NCBI GenBank assembly: GCA_964454545.1
Contig: CAYVTI010000010.1
Location: forward strand, 1-59,242
Direction: 5' to 3'
DNA from: an uncultured Rickettsiales bacterium
Lineage (GTDB): Bacteria; Pseudomonadota; Alphaproteobacteria; Rickettsiales; JABCZZ01
DNA length: 59,242 nucleotides
Positions 38,519-47,673 of the stretch are shown here, in pieces. Position numbers and translations under genes: made by a program. Each line of letters starts with the position of its first letter. Positions within the stretch are counted from its first letter, which is position 1. Below the pieces are notes generated by a model. That model was not told the origin of the DNA. It did not search any database and was given only the letters and a program-made list of their open reading frames with translations.

Positions 38519-39196
38519 ATGCGTATCCTGCTGGTTGAAGATGAGAAAAAGCTTGCAGATATCGTCGCAAGAGGCTTGAAGGCAGAAGGGTTTTCCATCG
38601 ATATTGCCACAAATGGCGCTCAGGGGCTGGATCTGGCGACATCTTACGATTACGATATGATTGTGCTTGATATCATGCTCCCCAGCCTGAGCGGGACGGA
38701 AATACTGGGAAAGGTCAGGCAGAAGAACCGTCACGTTCCCATACTGATGCTTACGGCTAAGGATGCCGTGGCAGATAAAGTGAAGCATATGGATGCGGGA
38801 GCGGATGACTACCTCACCAAGCCCTTCGCTTTTTCTGAGTTGCTGGTGCGCATACGCGCCCTGCTGCGACGCGCGCCGGTGCAGCGTAATGATGTGTTTA
38901 ACATTCTGGATCTGGAGATTGATCGCCTTGGCAGGCAGGTGAAGCGGGCGGGAAAGCGGATTGAATTAAGCGCCAAGGAATATGCCCTGCTTGAGTATAT
39001 GATGCTGAATGCCGGCCGCGTATTGTCGCGCAATATGATTATCGAACATGTATGGGATCAGAGTTTTGAAGGCCTTACCAATATCGTTGACGTCTATATC
39101 CGCCAGTTGCGCGCCAAGGTGGACGAAGGACATGCCGTAAAGCTGATAAAAACCGTCCGCAGCGTCGGTTATATGCTTAACGATGAAGCCAGATGA
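38519..39196 (+). CDS. OmpR-family response regulator (CusR/CopR-like)
   Basis: MRILLVEDE.KL......L...G......NG..GL.......YD.IVLDIMLP...G and a C-terminal winged-helix domain (LS.KEYALLEY......V.SR..I...VW). Confidence 0.9.
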   Translation: MRILLVEDEKKLADIVARGLKAEGFSIDIATNGAQGLDLATSYDYDMIVLDIMLPSLSGTEILGKVRQKNRHVPILMLTAKDAVADKVKHMDAGADDYLTKPFAFSELLVRIRALLRRAPVQRNDVFNILDLEIDRLGRQVKRAGKRIELSAKEYALLEYMMLNAGRVLSRNMIIEHVWDQSFEGLTNIVDVYIRQLRAKVDEGHAVKLIKTVRSVGYMLNDEAR

Positions 39197-40596
39197 ACAC
39201 GCGTTCCATATATTTTCGCCTGATATTATGGTATAGTGGCCTTGTCGTAGCTGTTTTCGCTGCGTTCGGAGCTTATACGTATAAAGGCGTGGAAAGCCGC
39301 CTTTACGGCGAAATGGAGCAGACTTTTAAGCGCCGTGCGCACCAGATAGCTGATAATATACTCGTGCATGCGCATGAAAAAACTCCTGAAGATATTGCAG
39401 AACAGATACGCGCTGTTTACTCGCCGTCAGCGAGCAGCCGCTTTATCCGTATTCTGAGAAACGATCGCACGGTTTACTATATTTCTTTGCCCCCAAAAGA
39501 CGGCGTGTTCAATCCCTTCGCCATTCCGTTACCCACCCATATGTGGGCAGAAACAAGAACAGTAAAGCTTAGTTCCCACAACGCTATATATATGGTTTCC
39601 GTTCCCGTTACAGCGGGCGGTGAGGTATTTCTCATAGAAATGGGCGCACCGGTCAGTGAATTGGAGACCGTATTGCATGGCCTCATGGTTATTCTGCTTC
39701 TTGGCGTTCCCGCTGCTGTTCTCATTGTATCTGCGGGAGGATATATGCTGGTGCGGCGTTCCCTGAAACCCGTGGAAGATATGCGCTCAACCGCCGAACA
39801 GATCACCTTCGGCAATTTGAGTAACCGCCTTCCCGCCGCCGCAACAGGGGACGAGCTGGAATATCTCTCAATTACGCTCAACCAGATGCTTGCCCGCCTG
39901 GATGATTCCTACCAGCAGGCAAGCCGTTTCTCCGCCGACGCCTCCCATGAACTGCGCACGCCTCTCAGTATCATGCGCGGCGAGCTGGAATCCCTCATCC
40001 AGCGGGAAGCGGGCCTGTCCGAGCCGCTGCGCGAGCGTATAGGCAGCGTGCTGGAGGAAACGGAACGCCTGTCGCATATCGTCGAAAGCCTGTTTGCCAT
40101 TTCACGGCTGGATGCCGGGGAAGGTAGGACCGAACCGGTTACTTTTTATCTGGCGGATATGGTCGATACCACGAAAGACCAGATGCTCCTGATGGCAGAA
40201 GAAAAAAATATCAAGGTCATGGTTGAGAAGACGCATAACGTAAGAATCAAAGGCAACGCGGCGCGACTCAAGCAGGTAGTGGTCAACATCCTTGACAACG
40301 CCATAAAATATACGCCTGAAGACGGCACCATTTCCATCAGGATATACAGCACCCATCATAAAGCAATACTGGAAATCAAAGACAATGGCATTGGTATCCC
40401 GGCGGACGCATTACCTCATGTATTCGAGCGTTTTTACCGCGCCGACAAAGTACGCTCACGCGAGCAGGGCGGCGCCGGGCTTGGGCTTGCCATCGTGCGC
40501 TCCATCTGCCAGGCGCATGGAGGAGCGGTGGAGATAGAAAGCACGGAGAACCAGGGCACCACCTGCCGCGTAGAACTGCCGCTGGCAAATGACTGA
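39193..40596 (+). CDS. Sensor histidine kinase (heavy-metal CusS-like architecture)
   Basis: 467 aa. Two TM segments, HAMP, the H-box FSADASHELRTPLS and N/G boxes (NILDNAIKYT, DNGIGI, GGAGLGLAIV). Overlaps the regulator gene by 4 nt. Confidence 0.88.
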   Translation: MNTRSIYFRLILWYSGLVVAVFAAFGAYTYKGVESRLYGEMEQTFKRRAHQIADNILVHAHEKTPEDIAEQIRAVYSPSASSRFIRILRNDRTVYYISLPPKDGVFNPFAIPLPTHMWAETRTVKLSSHNAIYMVSVPVTAGGEVFLIEMGAPVSELETVLHGLMVILLLGVPAAVLIVSAGGYMLVRRSLKPVEDMRSTAEQITFGNLSNRLPAAATGDELEYLSITLNQMLARLDDSYQQASRFSADASHELRTPLSIMRGELESLIQREAGLSEPLRERIGSVLEETERLSHIVESLFAISRLDAGEGRTEPVTFYLADMVDTTKDQMLLMAEEKNIKVMVEKTHNVRIKGNAARLKQVVVNILDNAIKYTPEDGTISIRIYSTHHKAILEIKDNGIGIPADALPHVFERFYRADKVRSREQGGAGLGLAIVRSICQAHGGAVEIESTENQGTTCRVELPLAND

Positions 40597-40601
40597 AAGA
40601 A

Positions 40602-42107
40602 TTATTGGCCGCTACGATCAGATTCCACGGAACGCCTCAGAGCAGCGATCACCGCCGGAAGTGGCTGGCGGATAGGTGGAAGCTGCTGATACTCTTCCCA
40701 GCCGCCGCCCAATGCCTTATAAAGCGCGACAAAGCTTTCCGCCGCTGTCTGCTGTGCAGCGACATACTGCCGCTCCAGATCAAATTCCTGCCGCTCAGCG
40801 TCGATGACATTAAGCGCGTCTGTCAATCCCCGGTCATAACGCTGCGAGGCGAGGTTCACGGCTTTCTGGCTTGCTTCCAACGCCTTGTTCAGATTTTTCA
40901 GGCGGTCCTGCTGGGCGGAATACTCACTCGCCGCCCTATCCACCTCTTCCACTGCATTGAGTATAGTCTGCCGGTAGTTCATCAGCAGGGCATGGGTATG
41001 CAGATCGGCTATATTTACGATGGCATCAAGCGTGCCGAAATCAAGCAGCGGCCAGCTGATGGAAGGCCCAAACGACCATAGGAAATTTTGATGGGTTGGA
41101 TTTATTCCAACCCCCTGCGCCTGGTATCCCGCTCCCCCTGTCAGCGCGAAATGGGGAAACAGATCGGCAGTCGCAACGCCTATGCGTGCCGTGGCAGCAG
41201 CAAGCTGGCGCTCCGCCTCATGAATGTCGGGACGGCGGCGAAGCAGATCAAGCGGCAAGCCGGTCTGGAGCGCCTGCGGCAGTTGTGGAATCTGCCCCGG
41301 CTTGGAAAACTCGCCTGCCATATTTTCCGGGAACTCCCCGCATAAGACAGCGATGGCATATTGCGCCGCCGCTACTTTAGACGTCAGCGGCGCGCGTTGT
41401 GCCTCCAGTGCTGAAAGCTCGCGCTGCGCAATACGCAGATCCAGCTCATTGGTAATGCCGCGGTTATAACGCTCCTGCACGAAATAGACATATCGTTCCG
41501 CCGCATGGATGTCATGCTCCAGTACCGCCTGCTGCATCTCTAATCCTCGCATGTCCACATACGATCTGACGATATCGGCGACGATGGTAATCAGCACATT
41601 ATTGCGTGCAGCCCTGACAGCCTGTTCATCATAACGCGCCGCTTCCGCTTCGCGGCGATACTTACCGAATAGGTCAAGTTCCCATCCTGCGTCAAAACCA
41701 TAAATCTGGCTTACATGGGTGAACCCGCTGGCATTTTCTCCTGAAACAAGTGGTTGCGACGCCCGGCCACGCGCAAGATCACTGCCCGTTCCGTTTCCTC
41801 CCCCGGCACTTGCTTCCGCCTCCGGCAATGCGGCACCTAAGATCACCGCTTCCTGCTGGCGCGCCTCCTGCACATGGGTAAGCGCAATGTCCAGCTGCGG
41901 ATTGGACTTGACAGCCTTGTCAATCAGGCCATTGAGCGTATCGTCACCCAACGATTTCCACCACTTTGCGGCATCAACAGCGGATGCTGGTGCGCCTTTA
42001 ACTTTATCCTTAGAAGCTTCGAAGCTTTCCGGCAATTTCACATCAGGAATATGGTAATTCGGGCCGACCTCACAGCCAGCCAGGAAAAAGCAACAAAGAA
42101 TTGTCAT
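40602..42107 (-). CDS. RND efflux outer-membrane factor lipoprotein (NodT family)
   Basis: Lipobox MTILCCFFLAGC at the ATG 42105-42107. Duplicated OEP repeats and typical motifs (LL.RRPDI..AE..L.AA.A.IGVA.A..FP). The ORF-track extension to 42329 is unlikely. Confidence 0.88.
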   Translation of the reverse strand: MTILCCFFLAGCEVGPNYHIPDVKLPESFEASKDKVKGAPASAVDAAKWWKSLGDDTLNGLIDKAVKSNPQLDIALTHVQEARQQEAVILGAALPEAEASAGGGNGTGSDLARGRASQPLVSGENASGFTHVSQIYGFDAGWELDLFGKYRREAEAARYDEQAVRAARNNVLITIVADIVRSYVDMRGLEMQQAVLEHDIHAAERYVYFVQERYNRGITNELDLRIAQRELSALEAQRAPLTSKVAAAQYAIAVLCGEFPENMAGEFSKPGQIPQLPQALQTGLPLDLLRRRPDIHEAERQLAAATARIGVATADLFPHFALTGGAGYQAQGVGINPTHQNFLWSFGPSISWPLLDFGTLDAIVNIADLHTHALLMNYRQTILNAVEEVDRAASEYSAQQDRLKNLNKALEASQKAVNLASQRYDRGLTDALNVIDAERQEFDLERQYVAAQQTAAESFVALYKALGGGWEEYQQLPPIRQPLPAVIAALRRSVESDRSGQ

Positions 42108-42219
42108 GCCAGAAACCCGTTTTCCCCAATTCCGCAGGAATTGGTTGGAAAACGGTGTTATCTGGCATCCAGTCTTGCTTGCTGTTTCTGGATGCCGGCG
42201 TTCGCTGGCATGACAAGTC

Positions 42220-43431
42220 TCATTTGTCATGGGGTTCATTGTCCTCACTGACTTCCACTTTTTCCCCTTCGGTAATTTGATTGCTGATGTTAAGCGCCAC
42301 CTGATCACCCACCGCAATACCGGAACCAATTTCCACCGTGTTGCCGTTGTCGCGGACGATGGCCACCTTGCGGAAATGCACGATTCCCTCCTTCACCACG
42401 GCAACTTCAGGCCCCTGAGAACGGAATAAAAGCACTGCCGCAGGCACTTCTGCCTGGCCTTTGGAAGGAAGGTCAAAGCGCACATCGACATACATGCCGG
42501 GAACCAGCACCCGATCGGGATTAGGCATGTCTACTTCCACCTTGAGCGTGCGCGCCTGCGGATCAATGGCGTCTGCCGTACGGGCAATTTTCCCTTCAAA
42601 GAGGCGCTCTCCCGTTGCGCTTGCGCTGATGCGGGCGGTGACACCGGGTTTCATATCCTCCGCTATCCTCTGGGGAGCATCCACGAAGATACGCATCGGA
42701 TCGCTCTGCGCCATGCGGTAAAGCAAAGTGGTATTCGCCGAGCTTCCTGCGGTCACCAGATTTCCGATATCCACGCGCCGCTCGGTGATCTTGCCATCAT
42801 AGGGCGCAACCACTTGCTTGAACCCCGCAAGTATCGTGTAACGGTCTACATCTGCCTTATCCAATCCGGCCTGCGCCTTGGCCTGGTTCAGCTGGGCCAC
42901 CGCGCTTTCATAGCCTGCTTTCTTGGCTTCGCGCTCCTGCTCGGAAACTACGCCTTTGGGAGAATCGCGCCAACGCTCATAGGTCGTCTTTGCAAAATCC
43001 GCATCCGCCTGCCGCGCCTTCACCAGTGCTTCATCCGCCTGAAGTTTTGCTTTTGCGGCGGCAAGCTGTGCATCCAGATCCGGCGTTTCGAGCGTGGCAA
43101 GCACCTGCCCTTTTTTCACGCTGTCGCCGATATCCGCCGTCCAGTTGCCGACATAGCCGTCTACCCGCGCATAGATAGTGCTTTCATACCAGGCCGCAGT
43201 TGCTCCCGGAAGCACAAGATAGGCCGATGCCGGGACTTTGGATACGGTAATGACTTTGACCAGCGGCGGTGCGGACGCTGCCTCATCAGCCGCATTCTTC
43301 AACCGATGCGCATGGATGGATTTCATGCAGAATACGATGACAAATCCCGCCGCCAGGATGATGACGACCCTCCGGGCAAATTTACGGATCTTTTTTTCCA
43401 TCTCATGCATAGCGGGCTCATGTTGCGGCAT
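42220..43431 (-). CDS. RND efflux periplasmic adaptor (membrane fusion protein)
   Basis: N-terminal TM anchor, a coiled-coil hairpin (LDAQLAAAKAKLQADEALV...) and beta-barrel motifs (V.APYDG.I..R.VD.GNLV). The start at 43431 overlaps the RND stop; 43410 or 43401 are possible alternatives. Confidence 0.85.
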   Translation of the reverse strand: MPQHEPAMHEMEKKIRKFARRVVIILAAGFVIVFCMKSIHAHRLKNAADEAASAPPLVKVITVSKVPASAYLVLPGATAAWYESTIYARVDGYVGNWTADIGDSVKKGQVLATLETPDLDAQLAAAKAKLQADEALVKARQADADFAKTTYERWRDSPKGVVSEQEREAKKAGYESAVAQLNQAKAQAGLDKADVDRYTILAGFKQVVAPYDGKITERRVDIGNLVTAGSSANTTLLYRMAQSDPMRIFVDAPQRIAEDMKPGVTARISASATGERLFEGKIARTADAIDPQARTLKVEVDMPNPDRVLVPGMYVDVRFDLPSKGQAEVPAAVLLFRSQGPEVAVVKEGIVHFRKVAIVRDNGNTVEIGSGIAVGDQVALNISNQITEGEKVEVSEDNEPHDK

Positions 43432-46400
43432 GATGGGCACTCCTGTGTCTAAATTCTTCCGTGTCTCGCGACTTGTGCGGCAACAACCCATACATGACGG
43501 GAACGAAGACAAGCGTGGCGAATGTGGCAAACGTCAGGCCACCGATGACCGCGCGCGCAAGCGGCGCGTTCTGCTCCCCGCCTTCACCGATGCCGAGCGC
43601 CATCGGGATCATGCCGAGAATCATCGCCCCCGCTGTCATCAGCACTGGCCTGAGACGCGTATAGCCTGCCACCTCGGCGGCAAGCCAGGAATCGTCGCCC
43701 GCATTCATGCGCTGGTTGGCAAATGTCACCACCAGGATGCTGTTGGCGGTAGTAAGGCCGATGCACATGATGGTGCCCATGAGCGCTGGCACGGACAGAT
43801 GCGTCTGGGTAAGGTACAGCATCCACATGACGCCGCCGAGCGCGAACGGCACGGCAAACAGTACGATTAGCGGATCAATCCAGTTCTGGAAATTAATGAC
43901 CAGAAACAGGTAAATCAGCACGACCGCGAATGCCATGCCGGAAAACAGCCCGCTATAGCTGGCGCGCATCGTTTCTACCTGGCCGCTCAGGGTGATGGCT
44001 ATGGCCTTGGAGGGATCAGGGCGATCCTTTTTCAATACCTGGTCTATGTCGGCAGCGACGGAATTGAGGTCCCGCCCCTGTACATCGGCATCCACGTCAA
44101 AAACAGGCCGGATATTATACTGGGACATCACCATAGGCACGGTGGCGCGGTTAAACCGGGCGACATTCATCAGCATCTGATTCTTTGCCTTATCATTATC
44201 GGAGGCTACCGGCAACGACCACAGGTCATGCGTAGAGTTGATACGATAGGCGGGCAACTGCACCACCAGCGGATAACTGACATTGTTACGCGGATCGATC
44301 CAGAAGTTGGGCATGGTCTGGGCGCTGGAGTTGGTGGTTACAAGGACATTATTTGCCACGGTCTGCTGATTAAGTCCCAATTGATTTGCCATCGTGCGAT
44401 CAATATCAACGGTCAATGCGGGAGCATCCGGCAGCTGGAATACGTGTGAGTCTACGATACCTGCCACCTGCTTCAGATCGTTTGCCAGTGTGACGGCGAG
44501 CGCATAGGCTTCTTCACTGTTAGGGCCGGATATGCGTATGTCAACCGGCGCGGGCTGACCGAAATTGAGCACCTGATCGACAATGTCGGCAGGCTGGAAG
44601 AAGAATTCCATGTTGGCGAAACGCTTCGGCAGTTCTTTCCGCAGCCTGGCCATCAGATCCGCGGTAGGCATATGCTTTTCCTTGAGCGAGATCAGAATCT
44701 CACCGTCCATCGGGCCAATGGTCGCCGAGTCGCTCAGCGCAATATTGATGCCGCTGTACGGCAAGCCTATGTTGTCGAGGATAACGTCAATCTGATTGGT
44801 ACCTATGATATGGCGGATTGCGGCTTCTACTTCGGCAAAATCCTGCTGCGTCTCTTCCAGCCTCGTGCCGGCAGGCGCGCGCACATGCAGACGCATCTGC
44901 CCGGCATCCACCTGCGGGAAGAAGTCCCTGCCAAGCGCAGGGAACAGCAGGAGGGAAACCACCATAAGCCCGGCAAAGAACAGTATCACCTGTTTCGGCT
45001 GCGACAGAGCCCAATGCAGGCTATAGTGATATGTTTTACGGAAGGACTGGAAGCTCCGTTCAAAACGATGGTGAATCCGGGCGAAAAGATTGGGCCGCCG
45101 CTCAGGTGTGACCGCCTTTTCATGCGCCGATACGGAAGAACGCATCAGGTATTTGAAAAGCACTGGCACAAGCGTGAACGACAGCCCGAGGCTTGCCACG
45201 AGAGAAACGCAGACAGAAAGGGAAAGCGGCGAAAAAAGATACTTGGCGGTTCCCTCCAACAGAAAGATGGGAACAAACACGATGCAGATGCAGAAGGTCG
45301 AAAGCATAGTGGGTATGCCGACTTCGCCCGCTCCTTCAACGATTGCATATTCAAGCGGTTCACCGCCATGCAGGCGCCGCTCGATGTTTTCAATCACCAC
45401 TGTGCCGTTATCCACCAGAATGCCCACTGCGAGCGCAAAGCCGCCAAGCGTCATGGTATTAAGCGTCTGCCCGCCACAATACATCACCAGTACCGCCGAG
45501 ATGATGGATAATGGGATAGAAGCAAGGATGATAAGCGTGAGCCGCCAGTTGCCCAGGAACAGTAGGATCATCAGCGCCGTGAGCCCCGCCGCCATCGCGC
45601 CGCCCATTACCACACTGTTAAGTGCCGCCTTGACAAATACCGACTGATCGAAAATCGCCTTGATAGAAACACCGCCAGGCAACGCTTTCTGAATATCGAG
45701 CAACGCATCGCGGACCCCGGCAATAACCGCCAGCGTTGAAACACCGCCTGTCTTGCGGATGGTCATCAGCGCGCCCGGTGTGCCATTGACCGCCACGGAA
45801 TTGGTCTGCACCTGAAATCCGTCATGCACATGCGCCACATCGCGCATGAATACCGTTTTCCCGTTTATCTCCTTAATGGGAAAGGCATTAATTGCGTCAA
45901 TCAAATCGGGGCTGTTGTTCATCGACAACGTATAATCCCTAGAACCGATCTTCACATCGCCTGCAGGCAGGATGACGTTCTGGCGCTGCAGCGCCGTGCT
46001 GACATCGGAGGAGGAAAGCCCGCGTGCCTGCAACGCCTGCTGGTTGAGATCAGCCATGATGACACGCGGCTTCCCGCCGTAAGGATAAGGCACTTCGGCA
46101 CCATGCACCACCGCCAGATCCGGTCGGATAATATTCTGCCCCAGATCATTGAGTTTGGTATCGGGCAGCGAAGAACTGGAAAGGCTCAGCTGGATAATGG
46201 GAACGTCGGTTGCGCCGTAGCGCAGCACCAGGGGAGGCGTGATACCGGGAGGCATGTATTTGAGCACCACCAATGCGCTGCTTGCGAGCTGCGAAATGGC
46301 ACGGGTGACATCCGCTCCTTCATGCAGGTAGACTTTCTCAACGCCAACGCCGTTATAGCTCGTAGCTTCAATATGCGCGATATCGTCCACCAGCGAGGCC

Positions 46401-46612
46401 ATCTGGCGCTCGTGCAGGGTAAGGATGCGGTTCTGGATATCCTGGGCGTTCATGCCGTTATAGGTCCAGACCACGCTCACCACCGGAATGTCAATTTCCG
46501 GAAATATGTCCACCGGCATGCGCAGCCCCGCCCCAATACCAAGGATACTCACCAGTATCAGCACGGCGATGACAGTGTAAGGATGCTTCAATACGTAATG
46601 AACAAAAGGCAT
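43418..46612 (-). CDS. RND efflux transporter permease (AcrB/CzcA superfamily)
   Basis: 1064 aa, 12-TM architecture with two large periplasmic loops. The N-terminus is [36 protein letters not shown]. Confidence 0.93.
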   Translation of the reverse strand: MPFVHYVLKHPYTVIAVLILVSILGIGAGLRMPVDIFPEIDIPVVSVVWTYNGMNAQDIQNRILTLHERQMASLVDDIAHIEATSYNGVGVEKVYLHEGADVTRAISQLASSALVVLKYMPPGITPPLVLRYGATDVPIIQLSLSSSSLPDTKLNDLGQNIIRPDLAVVHGAEVPYPYGGKPRVIMADLNQQALQARGLSSSDVSTALQRQNVILPAGDVKIGSRDYTLSMNNSPDLIDAINAFPIKEINGKTVFMRDVAHVHDGFQVQTNSVAVNGTPGALMTIRKTGGVSTLAVIAGVRDALLDIQKALPGGVSIKAIFDQSVFVKAALNSVVMGGAMAAGLTALMILLFLGNWRLTLIILASIPLSIISAVLVMYCGGQTLNTMTLGGFALAVGILVDNGTVVIENIERRLHGGEPLEYAIVEGAGEVGIPTMLSTFCICIVFVPIFLLEGTAKYLFSPLSLSVCVSLVASLGLSFTLVPVLFKYLMRSSVSAHEKAVTPERRPNLFARIHHRFERSFQSFRKTYHYSLHWALSQPKQVILFFAGLMVVSLLLFPALGRDFFPQVDAGQMRLHVRAPAGTRLEETQQDFAEVEAAIRHIIGTNQIDVILDNIGLPYSGINIALSDSATIGPMDGEILISLKEKHMPTADLMARLRKELPKRFANMEFFFQPADIVDQVLNFGQPAPVDIRISGPNSEEAYALAVTLANDLKQVAGIVDSHVFQLPDAPALTVDIDRTMANQLGLNQQTVANNVLVTTNSSAQTMPNFWIDPRNNVSYPLVVQLPAYRINSTHDLWSLPVASDNDKAKNQMLMNVARFNRATVPMVMSQYNIRPVFDVDADVQGRDLNSVAADIDQVLKKDRPDPSKAIAITLSGQVETMRASYSGLFSGMAFAVVLIYLFLVINFQNWIDPLIVLFAVPFALGGVMWMLYLTQTHLSVPALMGTIMCIGLTTANSILVVTFANQRMNAGDDSWLAAEVAGYTRLRPVLMTAGAMILGMIPMALGIGEGGEQNAPLARAVIGGLTFATFATLVFVPVMYGLLPHKSRDTEEFRHRSAHHAAT

Positions 46613-46819
46613 ATCACTCTTCTTCCCTCTGGTTATTATGTTAAGTGAAGAAGATGAATGTTGAATGAGCGACAGATTAAAATTTGCTCATAATTAATGC
46701 TTTATGACGTTATGAAGGCAGAACTTACGGAATTTTTCTTCCTGACACTCTAATCCAAAGCGAAAAATGATGTGGCTTCAATCAGGATATAACCAATTCT
46801 CGTGTGAAGGAGAATATCC

Positions 46820-46951
46820 ATGCCAACACCGGATAATGATGAAGATAAACAGGAGAATCAGAATACCGAGGAAAAGACGATTGGTCCTGCCCAGGACAGC
46901 GACAGGCTGGCGCACTGGCACCGTTTCTATTTCTACTCGGAAACAGATTAA
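46820..46951 (+). CDS. Possible small acidic ORF (43 aa)
   Basis: AAGGAG lies 7 nt upstream of the ATG. Product is MPTPDNDEDKQENQNTEEKTIGPAQDSDRLAHWHRFYFYSETD. It is below the ORF-track cut-off and has no homology evidence. Confidence 0.25.
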   Translation: MPTPDNDEDKQENQNTEEKTIGPAQDSDRLAHWHRFYFYSETD

Positions 46952-46984
46952 TGCGCCGCCTGAATTCACTGGTAGCCTGGCGAC

Positions 46985-47545
46985 ATGATTCCCACGTTTG
47001 AGATAATACCCATGTCAGTATGGCGCATGCCAATCCTGCTGCTTTCCCTGCTGCCGGGAATTGCGGCCTGTTGCATGGAAAATGCCGAACTCAAGGAACA
47101 ACACAAAGGTGATTTGCGCGCCTTCCCTTCCCCTCCCGGTGTCTACCGGCATTGGGTGATTTCGGCACAGGCGGCGGCGCGTGATGGAACACGTATCTGC
47201 ACGGTATCCATAGACGAAATTGATATCACCCAGCGCGCTTACGGCGACTCCCTTGCTGTGCAGGTTGAAACATCCTATCCCCCGGAACCGGGCGCTTTTT
47301 ACACCCTTATAGTGAACGGCCACCGTTATGGCATACCGAATGGTTATTTCAATACCGCGCAATCACAGCGCATTATCGATGACTTCAGTGACGCCGATGT
47401 TCTCCATATCGAATGGAAGGGGGCCTCTTTCAGGGCAGATAGCCTTCAGCGCCTGTTAATCGATACGTTGCCGCTGAAAGGATTTAAACATGAGTATAAT
47501 GCCTGTACGCGTTCTGTTCTCGCCAGGGCATATCCATTGCAATGA
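46985..47545 (+). CDS. Hypothetical exported/lipoprotein-like protein
   Basis: 186 aa. Signal/lipobox-like LLLSLLPGIAAC. No family recognised with confidence. The start may instead be the ATG at 47012. Confidence 0.5.
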   Translation: MIPTFEIIPMSVWRMPILLLSLLPGIAACCMENAELKEQHKGDLRAFPSPPGVYRHWVISAQAAARDGTRICTVSIDEIDITQRAYGDSLAVQVETSYPPEPGAFYTLIVNGHRYGIPNGYFNTAQSQRIIDDFSDADVLHIEWKGASFRADSLQRLLIDTLPLKGFKHEYNACTRSVLARAYPLQ

Positions 47546-47547
47546 AT

Positions 47548-47613
47548 CCAACAACAACTAATAATTACGCCGGTTACAGACCAGGCGTATCTATCCCAAG
47601 TTGTTTTCTGTTG
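47548..47613. repeat. AACAAC-type repeat (ccaacaacaacta) facing a GTTGTT-type repeat (agttgttttctgttg); second locus of the phaA-phaB spacer motif class
   Basis: Read directly. Starts 3 nt after the stop of the 46985-47545 gene. Confidence 0.5.
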
Positions 47614-47673
47614 ATCTGAACACCTATAAGTTGTATTAATAATTTCCATTCTCCATTATTATGAGGTGGAAAC

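Noticed and set aside
42108-42329. 74-codon N-terminal extension of the outer-membrane factor ORF. Similar track extensions exist for rimP (10610), rbfA (15283), holC (20009), dnaX (5724), tmk (6549), cheR (50700) and tnaA (53788)
   Set aside because: Conserved N-termini, lipobox or signal sequences begin at internal ATGs. The extensions overlap neighbouring genes or repeats and use non-ATG or unsupported starts.
38384-46612. Integrative genomic island at tRNA-Ser
   Set aside because: There is no integrase, transposase or conjugation gene, and I found no direct repeat of the tRNA 3' end by eye. I kept the block only as a low-interest observation, not as a mobile-element call.
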